Shown: in pieces, positions 1-8,222 of the stretch
Numbering within the stretch: position 1 is the first letter of the stretch
Layout: each line of letters starts with the position of its first letter
IMG/VR virus record: IMGVR_UViG_3300028146_000002
Span: 1-57,297 of that record
Length of the DNA: 57,297 bases
Reading direction: 5' to 3' (one strand)
DNA from: a virus
Translations under genes and position numbers: made by a program
The notes under the pieces: model-generated
What the model was told of the DNA's origin: nothing
The model's input: only the letters and a program-made list of their open reading frames with translations
The model's database searches: none

Positions 1-127
1 TCAGCAGCAGGGCATCACCGACGCGCAGGAACATGCTGAACTCGCCTTCAGCACCCTCATGCTCGGCGTTCCGATTCAAGGCAAGCAGGGCCTTAATCCG
101 ATTGACCAGATTGACACGTTGCTCGGG
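1..127. repeat. Left copy of a 127-bp terminal direct repeat, the overlap of a circular assembly
   Basis: Bases 1..127 are identical to 57171..57297. An open reading frame continues through the junction. Confidence 0.95.
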
Positions 128-577
128 CTTACCGCTGGCGTCGTCACCCGCATCGCGAATACTGGCGGGATTGCAACGGATGGTGAGCTTGCTGGTCTTG
201 ATACGACGATGCAATACATCGGCGGTTTGGTTCAACAACTCGCGCAAGACCCGGCACAGAAGCAGCGCGTGAAGCTTTATGGCGATGCCTTGGGCAAGAT
301 GATGAACGAAATCAAAGGCATCGCTCAACGCTCACAGGAACAGAAGCAGGCAATGGCGCAGAACGGCAATGGCGACGGCGGAAAGACTCAGGCATTGCTC
401 ATTCAGGCGTCCACGAAGGCGAAGGTCAAAGAGGCTCAGACTGCACAACAGATGGAGCACAAGGAAATCGCCTTCAAGGAGCAGCAGCATCGCGAGGACC
501 AGAAAACGGTTCACGAGATTGCCCGGAAGAATGCGCTGGCGGAAGTCGAACGGAACAAGCCTGCGAATGGCGAGTGA
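1..577 (+). CDS. Portal protein, C-terminal part (wrap-around continuation; first full codon starts at 2)
   Basis: Same frame as 55546..57297 once the 127-bp overlap is collapsed. Stop TGA at 575..577. Confidence 0.6.
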   Translation, partial: QQQGITDAQEHAELAFSTLMLGVPIQGKQGLNPIDQIDTLLGLTAGVVTRIANTGGIATDGELAGLDTTMQYIGGLVQQLAQDPAQKQRVKLYGDALGKMMNEIKGIAQRSQEQKQAMAQNGNGDGGKTQALLIQASTKAKVKEAQTAQQMEHKEIAFKEQQHREDQKTVHEIARKNALAEVERNKPANGE

Positions 578-578
578 A

Positions 579-1367
579 TTAGAAAAGCATTCGCTGCCCA
601 CCACATTCAGGTCCGCATGAAATGTTATCCATCCGCGAACTTTTCAGGAACCTTGACGGGATTTGGTCATCTGGCGGAATTTCATCGAGATAGATTCTGC
701 GTCCTTTCCATCGAGTCATCTTCGCGCCAAATCGTCTTGATTGCTCTGCTCTCCTGTTGAAAGCATCCCGGTTCAATCTTCGCGTCAACACCCAATATGC
801 CAACCCGGTTGCCTTGCAGCACGCTTCGCAGTTGTTGTTTTTGAATCCCTGCTGGTAGCGAATCGGCAAAGCGATCCCAGCTGCTAATAGCATCTTAAAG
901 CAGTCTTTTTTCTTTAACCCTCGGTCGCGGAGAATCCATTCCAGAATCAGGTCTGGATTGTATTTCTCAAACTCTGCGATGCGGTCCTTTTCTCCAACCC
1001 GATAGGGAGCGGTTTCATCAGCCGTGAATCCGAAGTAGTGGATGTCGTCAGCCAGTTGAAATTCAAAGCGTGGAATCTTCTTCAGTTCAACCGTGCAGGG
1101 CGCACCCTTGATGCCCGCCACGTATTTCCTCGCCTCAATCACATCGTCAACGGTCTTATATTTCTCGGACCCGATCATGTGAACCTTAACCCCGGTCCAC
1201 TGTTCAACTTCAGCCCGAAATCGGAAGTTGTCCTTATCTTCTGATGCAGACACGTCGCAGTTCACGGGGACCAATCCACTGACCCCAAACTGCTCAACTC
1301 CAATTTTCAAAGCACATGCCGATGCTGCACCATGAGAAAACCAAAACAGACGACGCTGCTCGCTCAT
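579..1367 (-). CDS. PP-loop ATPase / PAPS-reductase-family protein
   Basis: The N-terminal LFWFSHGAASACA resembles the SGGxDS PP-loop. It also has a GFKNNNCEACC cysteine cluster and a C-terminal CGPECGG that resembles the ECG(L/I)H motif of CysH-like enzymes. Confidence 0.5.
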   Translation of the reverse strand: MSEQRRLFWFSHGAASACALKIGVEQFGVSGLVPVNCDVSASEDKDNFRFRAEVEQWTGVKVHMIGSEKYKTVDDVIEARKYVAGIKGAPCTVELKKIPRFEFQLADDIHYFGFTADETAPYRVGEKDRIAEFEKYNPDLILEWILRDRGLKKKDCFKMLLAAGIALPIRYQQGFKNNNCEACCKATGLAYWVLTRRLNRDAFNRRAEQSRRFGAKMTRWKGRRIYLDEIPPDDQIPSRFLKSSRMDNISCGPECGGQRMLF

Positions 1368-1837
1368 GTGAATGTCATCGCCCCAACCTTCGTGTTCGTC
1401 AGCCCCATCCCATCTGAATAGACCACATCATACGGCCCGCCAGCCGCAATCAGGTTCGCTGAATAACTCAGCATCAGAACGACGCTGCTGATGAAGTTCG
1501 TTGGCACCGCCGTTCCATTGATGGCGATGGCTGCCGTCCGGTCGAATCCAACCCCACTCACAATCAATGTAGTTGCCGCGCCATGCGGTGTAGTCGTCGG
1601 CGTGATTTGCCGGATGAGCGGAACACCATCCCAATACGAACTGCCACTTGATGGGTTGGTCGCAGAGAACGACAGCACATTGGCCACGCCTGATGCGACG
1701 GCAGGGCTGTTGTAAGTGACAGTGACATTGCTTCCGTCAAACATTTTAAGGATGAGCACATTGCCCTGTGTAGTGATGGATTGCACGAGATCGAGATTTA
1801 TCGGCGTGCCGCCTGGAACGAGAACCCAATTTGCCAT
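1364..1837 (-). CDS. Hypothetical protein with an IPT/TIG-like Ig domain
   Basis: Start chosen at MANWVLVPGG. ITPTTTPHGAATTLIVSGVGFD is typical of IPT/TIG repeats. The stop overlaps the downstream start. Confidence 0.45.
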   Translation of the reverse strand: MANWVLVPGGTPINLDLVQSITTQGNVLILKMFDGSNVTVTYNSPAVASGVANVLSFSATNPSSGSSYWDGVPLIRQITPTTTPHGAATTLIVSGVGFDRTAAIAINGTAVPTNFISSVVLMLSYSANLIAAGGPYDVVYSDGMGLTNTKVGAMTFT

Positions 1838-1870
1838 GGGATGATTTGGCCATGGTTTGGATCGTCTGTC

Positions 1871-1910
1871 AATTGAAAAGAAATAATTGCAAATAATTGA
1901 AAATAGTTCT
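1871..1910. promoter_or_regulatory. AT-rich, 10-bp-phased repeat in a divergent promoter region
   Basis: The sequence aattgaaaag/aaataattgc/aaataattga/aaatagttct contains aaataattg twice, exactly 10 bp apart. It lies between divergent genes at 1837(-) and 1945(+). Confidence 0.4.
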
Positions 1911-1944
1911 TGCACAAAGTGAGTAAGGGTGGTTCACTCTGCTT

Positions 1945-2115
1945 GTGAGTAAGAAATACGACTCTTTCAAAACAATTCGCCTGACCCCAAAGAACCACGA
2001 AAAGCTTCAACTCATCGTCGCACAACTGCCCATCTCCACGTCCATCGTGAAGTTGGCGAACAAGGCGATTGAAGAATGGCCGGGGTTCCAATGGGTCCGG
2101 AGGGCAAAGCGATGA
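1945..2115 (+). CDS. Small ribbon-helix-helix-like DNA-binding protein (56 aa, GTG start)
   Basis: Translates as VSKKYDSFKTIRLTPKNHEKLQLIVAQLPISTSIVKLANKAIEEW. Its stop overlaps the next start (ATGA at 2112). Too short to appear in the ORF track. Confidence 0.45.
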   Translation: MSKKYDSFKTIRLTPKNHEKLQLIVAQLPISTSIVKLANKAIEEWPGFQWVRRAKR

Positions 2116-2423
2116 CAAACACAACTCAAGACTACGACCGTTACTGGCGCGAACATGCGCAGTTCTTTCCGCCGTGCGATAAGCTGGCCGGCGAGTCACT
2201 TGAACCATTCAAAGCGTTCGGGGCGCATCTCCACGAAGAAGTCAGGGCGGAATTTGAACAAGCCGTGAATATCGCGGTGAGTGAGAAGGAGGCTATTGAC
2301 GAGCGGTATGATTATGTGAGGGATGCCTTTGAAGAATTAAAAAGGTCGCTCAGGGTTGCGGTTGAAGAATCTGACGCCGACACAATCAAGGTGAAAATCC
2401 TCCAATTAGTGGACGCCGCATGA
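2112..2423 (+). CDS. Hypothetical protein
   Basis: ATGA overlap with the upstream ORF and ATGA overlap with the clamp gene. Confidence 0.5.
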   Translation: MTNTTQDYDRYWREHAQFFPPCDKLAGESLEPFKAFGAHLHEEVRAEFEQAVNIAVSEKEAIDERYDYVRDAFEELKRSLRVAVEESDADTIKVKILQLVDAA

Positions 2424-3475
2424 ACATCAAATCCGCCGATCTCAAATCCGCCCTGTCGCGTGTTTCATCGCTCGCCACTGGACGCACAACGATGCCTGTG
2501 TTGAATTGCCTGCGGCTGGAGGCGAAGGCGAACACGCTGGAAATCGCGGCGACCAATCTTAATGTCTACGCCACAATCAAATGCCCGTGCGATGGCGACC
2601 TTCCCGCCATTTGTGTGCCTGCTGTGCCGATGGTTGGGCTGACTGACGGTGCTGCTGAGTCCATCAGCCTTGAGATGGACGGCGAACGGCTGGTATTCAA
2701 ATCCAACGGCACGGCATCACTCGGGACAATTGCGGCAGCGACATTCCCCGAGACGCCTGCGGAGAAGTCAGAGAACCTTGGCCTATCGCTCTGCGGGGTC
2801 GCTGACGGACTCGACGCCTGCAAGTGGGCGATGGATGACGACACATCTTCCGAGCCTTGGAAACAGGGCGTGTGGGTTCGTGGCAAGGCCAATCAATTGA
2901 ACTTCTTCGCGAGCAACCGCACGATGCTCGCACATCTCAAACAGGATTTGATTTCAGCGGAGTGCGACTTTCAGGTTCCAGCGCACGGCATGGCTTACGC
3001 GATTCCAGCACTGCGCAGTGATGACGCCATCCTGGCCCTTGGCGACAAGTATCTTTCCATCATTTGGCCGATGGGCTCAGTGTTCATCCTGCGGCACGAC
3101 TGCAAAGCACCTGATTTCAATGTCATCCTGAACCAGCAACGCGATCTCGTCGGCGATGTTGACCTGAATCAGCTTCGCAAGCCCTTCGAGACGATGAAGA
3201 TGCTGGCCAATGGCGATTTGTTTCCAATGGCGCTAGTCAGTCCCGGAATGACCGGCATCCAGCTTGATTTCGCGGGAAAGTCCAATCACTTCTCGTATCT
3301 GTTCCCCGGCGTTTACGGCGGCAAGGAGTTCAAAATTGACATTGAGAAAACCATCAACGCAATCGCGCATACGCCGCGTGAGAAGCCTGTGAAAACGAGT
3401 CGCTCAATCGGCGCCCTGTTCTTTGAATCAGGCGATTACACGGCAGCCATCGCGCTCATCAATAACAACGCATGA
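2420..3475 (+). CDS. dnaN: DNA polymerase III beta sliding-clamp homologue
   Basis: 351 aa. The N-terminus LKSALSRVSSLATGRTTMPVLNCLRLEAKANTLEIAATNLNVYA matches the DnaN pattern. Confidence 0.7.
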   Translation: MNIKSADLKSALSRVSSLATGRTTMPVLNCLRLEAKANTLEIAATNLNVYATIKCPCDGDLPAICVPAVPMVGLTDGAAESISLEMDGERLVFKSNGTASLGTIAAATFPETPAEKSENLGLSLCGVADGLDACKWAMDDDTSSEPWKQGVWVRGKANQLNFFASNRTMLAHLKQDLISAECDFQVPAHGMAYAIPALRSDDAILALGDKYLSIIWPMGSVFILRHDCKAPDFNVILNQQRDLVGDVDLNQLRKPFETMKMLANGDLFPMALVSPGMTGIQLDFAGKSNHFSYLFPGVYGGKEFKIDIEKTINAIAHTPREKPVKTSRSIGALFFESGDYTAAIALINNNA

Positions 3476-4011
3476 TTTACGCCCAAGAGACCAGTGTTTC
3501 GGTCGAGAAGTCTCGCGCCGAACTGGAAACGATCCTTACCCGCTACGGGGCCAACTGTTTCGGCTATATGACCAATGAGACGCACGCGGCGATTGGTTTC
3601 AGGGCGAAGAATCGCAATGTAAAATTCGTGCTGCCTTTGCCGCGCAGGGATGAAAAGCGGTTCTGGTACACACCCGCCCGTCGCAACAGGCGCACCGACC
3701 AAGAGGCGTATCGCGAATGGGAACAAGCCTGCCGGTCCGCTTGGCGCTCGCTGCTGCTGTGTGTTAAAGCCAAACTGGAAGCGGTTTCGGCTGGCATCAC
3801 GACATTCGAAGCTGAGTTCCTCGCGCACTTCGTTCTGAATGACGGCAGAACGTTTGGCGAGATGGCCATACCAAGCCTCGATGGCACGATCTCAAGCGGG
3901 GCATTGCCGCTATTGCTGCCGGAATCAACGGAATCAAAAGCCGAGCGCAACGACCACAATCGTGATGCGATTGTTGATGCTGTTTTCACGCCATTGGAGA
4001 AAGCGACATGA
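3472..4011 (+). CDS. Hypothetical protein (recombination module)
   Basis: Start is coupled to the clamp stop. Composition is protein-like. No motif recognised. Confidence 0.5.
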   Translation: MIYAQETSVSVEKSRAELETILTRYGANCFGYMTNETHAAIGFRAKNRNVKFVLPLPRRDEKRFWYTPARRNRRTDQEAYREWEQACRSAWRSLLLCVKAKLEAVSAGITTFEAEFLAHFVLNDGRTFGEMAIPSLDGTISSGALPLLLPESTESKAERNDHNRDAIVDAVFTPLEKAT

Positions 4012-4087
4012 CACTCATCCTCTTCCTCTTTTTCGCCTTGCTGATACTCAAGGCGCTCGTGTGTGCGGTAAATCAAACTGACGATAT

Positions 4088-4927
4088 ATGACTAAATCTG
4101 AATCTACGGAATTGATGACATCTGCGGTGGAGCTTCCCAATCGGAGCATCTCCATTAACCCGGATGACGCGACAACCACCGTTCTGCAAATGTTGCAGGC
4201 CAGCATTCAGGGTGGCGTCACGGCTGAGAATGTGGCGGTCACGAAGGAGCTGGTCGCCCTGTTCGAGCGCATGGACGCACGCAAGGCTGAGAAGATTTTC
4301 AACGATGAACTGGTCGCCGTGCAGATGGAATGTCGTCAGATGGGCATTGAGGCGGTGCGCGAAGTTCTCAACCGTGACGGCTCGCATCGGTATTGGTACG
4401 CGTCAAAGGCTGACATCTTGAAGGTGGCGGGGCCAATCCTCGACCGGCATGGATTCAGTGTCTCGTTTGATGTGGAGTATGACGGCCCACGCTGCTTTGC
4501 CATCTGCGAGTTCAGGCACCGCGCCGGCCACAAGGAGAAGAAGCGTTATGGTGTGCGACCAGGCAGCGGACCACCCGGCGCGAATGAGCCACAGGCTGAC
4601 GGTAGCGGCATCACTTACGCCCAGCGTGGCGCCCTCACCGGCTGGCTCAATCTCACCATCGGAAAGGACGCTGATGCCGATCCTAATGATGCCACCCAAA
4701 TCGGCGACACGATTGCGCCCAACAAGGCGATGGAATTACAGAAGCGCCTGCACGCCTGCGGTGCTGATGAGGCGAAGTTCCTCAAGCACGCTGGCGCTGG
4801 CGACATTCCTGATACCGCGACAGCCGCCGAAGTGTTCGCCGCTTATCTGCGCATTCCACAAAATCGCATCGCAGAGTTGGAGCAGGGCATTGCGGGTAAA
4901 GAAGCGAAGGCAAAGGCGAAGAAGTGA
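4088..4927 (+). CDS. erf: Erf-family single-strand annealing protein
   Basis: YASKADILKVAGPILDRHGF ... GSGITYAQRGALTGWLNL ... DADADPND is the ERF pattern. An exonuclease gene follows. Confidence 0.65.
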   Translation: MTKSESTELMTSAVELPNRSISINPDDATTTVLQMLQASIQGGVTAENVAVTKELVALFERMDARKAEKIFNDELVAVQMECRQMGIEAVREVLNRDGSHRYWYASKADILKVAGPILDRHGFSVSFDVEYDGPRCFAICEFRHRAGHKEKKRYGVRPGSGPPGANEPQADGSGITYAQRGALTGWLNLTIGKDADADPNDATQIGDTIAPNKAMELQKRLHACGADEAKFLKHAGAGDIPDTATAAEVFAAYLRIPQNRIAELEQGIAGKEAKAKAKK

Positions 4928-5595
4928 TCCTCCACGACCAATTTCCCCAAGGCTCAGTCGAATGGCTATGGATGCGTGCAGGCATCCCCACAGCCAGCGA
5001 GTTCGGCCATCTCGTGACACCTAAGACATTCAAGGTGCGCGACGGCAAGGAAATGGACTCGTATGTCGCACGCAAGCTGGCTGAGGCGTGGGGCGGTCCA
5101 ATCATGGGCTTTCAGGGTGGCGTGATGGATCAGGGCACGATTCTTGAGAGTGAGGCAATCCCCTGGTTTGAGTTCGAGTTTGACACTCAGGTTCGCCGCG
5201 TCGGTTTCATCACCAGCGATGACGGCAAGATGGGTTGCTCGCCCGATGGATGGGTGGATGGTGATTACGGCATAGAAATCAAGTGCCCACAACCCGAGCA
5301 GCACGTCCGCAACCTGCTCGCCGGAAAAGTGCCCGACAATTATCTCATGCAAGTCCACGGCTCGATGCTCATCACGAAAACCGGACTCTGGAAGTTCATC
5401 AGCTATCGCCGTGGATTCCCCAAGCTCATTCTCAACGTCCAGCGTGACGAAGCGATTGAGGAAGCCCTGACAGATGCGCTCGAATTGTTCCACATGAAGT
5501 TCAAAGTCGGCTGGGATTATCTGTGCGAACTGAACGGTGGCGCACCCGAGCCGCGCACCAAACCAGTTTCCGCCGACGACTCCGTTCCTGTCTGA
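4924..5595 (+). CDS. YqaJ-type (lambda Exo-like) recombination exonuclease
   Basis: QGSVEWLWMRAGIPTASE, CSPDGWV and GIEIKCP motifs. Confidence 0.85.
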   Translation: MILHDQFPQGSVEWLWMRAGIPTASEFGHLVTPKTFKVRDGKEMDSYVARKLAEAWGGPIMGFQGGVMDQGTILESEAIPWFEFEFDTQVRRVGFITSDDGKMGCSPDGWVDGDYGIEIKCPQPEQHVRNLLAGKVPDNYLMQVHGSMLITKTGLWKFISYRRGFPKLILNVQRDEAIEEALTDALELFHMKFKVGWDYLCELNGGAPEPRTKPVSADDSVPV

Positions 5596-5599
5596 TTTT

Positions 5600-5941
5600 A
5601 TGAATGCTGAAATCATTGCCATAAGTGTCCCAACTGTCACCAAGCTTCGCGCTCTGACTGATTCGTTCGAGCAAATCTTGGGTAACGGCGTTTACTGTGA
5701 TGTGCTCCGCGAGGCGGCAACTGAACTGGCAAAGGCGCAACAGGACACGTTGCGACTGGACTGGCTCGACAAGCATAAGTTTGTAGAGGAACGGTTCTGC
5801 CGGTGGGGGCTTCAGGCATACAACCGGAATCAGTCCATTCACGAGGCTATTGACGCTTACGCAGAAGTAGAATTTCCACAACAAAACAACCAACCAAAGG
5901 AAACCAGTGATAACCAAAACCCAATCCTTCCAAACATCTGA
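5600..5941 (+). CDS. Hypothetical protein
   Basis: In-frame ATG at 5600, directly after the exonuclease stop. Confidence 0.45.
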   Translation: MNAEIIAISVPTVTKLRALTDSFEQILGNGVYCDVLREAATELAKAQQDTLRLDWLDKHKFVEERFCRWGLQAYNRNQSIHEAIDAYAEVEFPQQNNQPKETSDNQNPILPNI

Positions 5942-6200
5942 CGGCACGATCCACGCAACGATTGACGATGCGCAGGCGTGGGAACTCAAGACCCTGCTCA
6001 TGCAGGACACGCTCGGATTGAACAAAGAGCAGCAGGAGCAGACCTCCAAAATGTTCGTCACCTATCGCGACAAGGTGGTGGACATTTTGACGACGGGGCC
6101 AAAGAGTCGCCCGAAGGCTCGCGTTTCAAATGGCGCAACTCGCGCCAAGCGAAAGAAAGCCACACCGACACCAACCGCCGATCTTGGTTTGAGCAAATGA
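5907..6200 (+). CDS. Hypothetical protein
   Basis: 97-aa ORF with a basic C-terminus. Confidence 0.4.
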   Translation: MITKTQSFQTSDGTIHATIDDAQAWELKTLLMQDTLGLNKEQQEQTSKMFVTYRDKVVDILTTGPKSRPKARVSNGATRAKRKKATPTPTADLGLSK

Positions 6201-6538
6201 ATCCAAAGCATCTCCATATTCTCCAACACTCGCTTGGAGTTGACCAATACGGTCGCGGCAATCAATACCGAAATCACTACGCCGTCGGGCCTGGTTGCGA
6301 TGGGTTTGAAGATTGTCGTGAACTTGTTGACCTCGGATTCATGCAGGACCACGGGGCACAGGAGATGTGGGGCAATATGCACGGGTTCACAGTCACAGAA
6401 TCGGGCAAGCAAGCGATGGAAAAAGCGAGTCCACCGCCTCCTAAAATCTCACCCGGACGGAAACGCTATCTTGATTTTCTTCATGCCGATTCCGGGATGT
6501 CGTTCATTGATTGGTTAAAAGTAAGAAAAAGTTGTTGA
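6197..6538 (+). CDS. Hypothetical protein
   Basis: ATGA overlap with the upstream stop. Begins MNPKHLHILQHSLGVDQYG. Confidence 0.45.
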   Translation: MNPKHLHILQHSLGVDQYGRGNQYRNHYAVGPGCDGFEDCRELVDLGFMQDHGAQEMWGNMHGFTVTESGKQAMEKASPPPPKISPGRKRYLDFLHADSGMSFIDWLKVRKSC

Positions 6539-6703
6539 CGACTTCGCCGCCGCATGAGTGAATGGCATTGGGCTTGACCGCCCTACAGAAAATGCAGCCA
6601 ATCAAATCTTCACATCGGCTCCCTGAGCAATGGGGTTCTTCGTCGTGCGCTCGCGCGTCGTTCTGTCCCGCGGTCACTCAGGGGGTCGAATTGAAGGTTT
6701 GAT

Positions 6704-6898
6704 ATGGACGCGGGCGAGCGACAGCAAATCGAACAAGACCTTACGAATTTAATTCGTAGAATATCGGTCCTGGAACCTGACGAAGACTACGAGCTTGTGT
6801 TCAATCACGCAGTTGAAGCTTTCCCTGATGTCAGAGAAGCATTGGTAATTCTTCGGGCATTATTCAAAGCAACTCGCGGTCGTCCATCTTCAAATTGA
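6704..6898 (+). CDS. Hypothetical small protein
   Basis: 64-aa ORF that follows a 165-nt intergenic region. Confidence 0.4.
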   Translation: MDAGERQQIEQDLTNLIRRISVLEPDEDYELVFNHAVEAFPDVREALVILRALFKATRGRPSSN

Positions 6899-6907
6899 CC
6901 ACCATCA

Positions 6908-7735
6908 ATGAACATAACAACGCAGGACGAACTCGACGAATGTGAAAAGGGCATAGCAGACACGATTGATTCATTTTGGAACTGTGCAAGCTACTTCGCT
7001 CGCATCCGAAACAAGAAGCTCTGGCCGAAGGACAAATACTCCTCATTTGAGGACTATTGCGAACGGAGATGGGATGTTACCGCGAGCCGTGCGCGGCAAA
7101 TAACCGACGCCGAAAGCGTTCGGGCATCCCTTCCAAATGCGGTAGCCAATCTGATAACCAATGAGCGGCAAGCCCGCGAGCTTGGCAAGGTTCCAGAGGC
7201 ACTCCGAAAGGACGTTGTAAACGAGGCAAAAAAGAACGGTCCTTTGACCGCAAAATCCATCCAAACAGCAGCCCAAAGCGTTACCATGGTAACGCCGCCG
7301 CAGCCGCTAAAAATGGGGAAAACAGACCTTCCGACCTCGAAAAACGGCCCCACGAAACGCCCCCCTGTTTATGATGAAATAGGATGGGTGATTCCGGACC
7401 CTGCTTTGCCTTTCTGGGACCGCCGCGAGGAGATTCAAGACGCCCTCAACGATGTCAGCCGAATCAAGTGCATGGTTGCAGATGCCAAGGAGGCACAAGA
7501 CCCAATGTTTGGCAAAGTCGGCAATGGGGTCATCAACGATCTGAAGGCCGCTTACACCCACCTTTTGGAAGCCAAACCCTACGCCGTGTGCACGACCTGT
7601 GGCGGGTTCTTCAACGTCCAGCCCACAGGTTGCTCTTTCTGTGGAAACAAGGGTCTCATCTCCAAGTGGCAATGGGACACTCAATCGCGCAAAGAGGTTA
7701 AGGATATGAGGATGAAACAGGTGGCCAAGCAATGA
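6908..7735 (+). CDS. Putative DNA-binding protein (ParB/KorB-like HTH plus a C-terminal zinc ribbon)
   Basis: YSSFEDYCERRWDVTASRARQITDAESV is the ParB-like HTH pattern. The C-terminus has CTTCGG...CSFCGNKG. Confidence 0.4.
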   Translation: MNITTQDELDECEKGIADTIDSFWNCASYFARIRNKKLWPKDKYSSFEDYCERRWDVTASRARQITDAESVRASLPNAVANLITNERQARELGKVPEALRKDVVNEAKKNGPLTAKSIQTAAQSVTMVTPPQPLKMGKTDLPTSKNGPTKRPPVYDEIGWVIPDPALPFWDRREEIQDALNDVSRIKCMVADAKEAQDPMFGKVGNGVINDLKAAYTHLLEAKPYAVCTTCGGFFNVQPTGCSFCGNKGLISKWQWDTQSRKEVKDMRMKQVAKQ

Positions 7736-8220
7736 GCGCGCAACCGATATTGGACGCCTGCTGCGGCTCACGCATGTTTTGGTTCGACCGCAAGAACCCT
7801 GCGGCGGTGTTCGTGGACAATCGGCGGGAGCGCCACGAGTTGGTGGATAAGTCGAGCACAGGCGGCAGCCGGTCGCTGATTGTGGACCCGGATATTTTGG
7901 CGGATTTCACTTCGCTGCCATTCCCTGACGGCCGCTTTGCCCTTGTAGTGTTCGACCCTCCACATCTTGTCCGAAACGGCAAGAGTGGTTGGCAGGCAAA
8001 GAAATACGGCAAGCTGGAAGGCGATTGGAAAGAGATATTACGCCGTGGATTTGCTGAGTGCTTCCGGGTGTTGAAACCTGACGGCGTTTTGATTTTCAAG
8101 TGGAATGAGCACGAGATTCCCGTATCGCAAATCTTGGCACTAACGCCCGCCAAGCCCTTGTTCGGAAACCGATGCGGGAAGGTGGCTAAATCACATTGGA
8201 TTGTGTTTATGAAGGAATAA
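7732..8220 (+). CDS. DNA amino-methyltransferase (N6-adenine or N4-cytosine class)
   Basis: Motif I ILDACCGS and motif IV FDPPH. Confidence 0.7.
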   Translation: MSAQPILDACCGSRMFWFDRKNPAAVFVDNRRERHELVDKSSTGGSRSLIVDPDILADFTSLPFPDGRFALVVFDPPHLVRNGKSGWQAKKYGKLEGDWKEILRRGFAECFRVLKPDGVLIFKWNEHEIPVSQILALTPAKPLFGNRCGKVAKSHWIVFMKE

Positions 8221-8222
8221 CC

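Noticed and set aside
4449-5024. A 191-aa same-strand alternate-frame ORF over erf and the exonuclease. Similar cases lie at 4966..5643(-), 10220..10639 and 12927..13268.
   Set aside because: These translations are S/R/P/A-rich with no motifs or repeats. They are much shorter than the two dual-frame loci I report, and are consistent with chance open frames in GC-rich genes.
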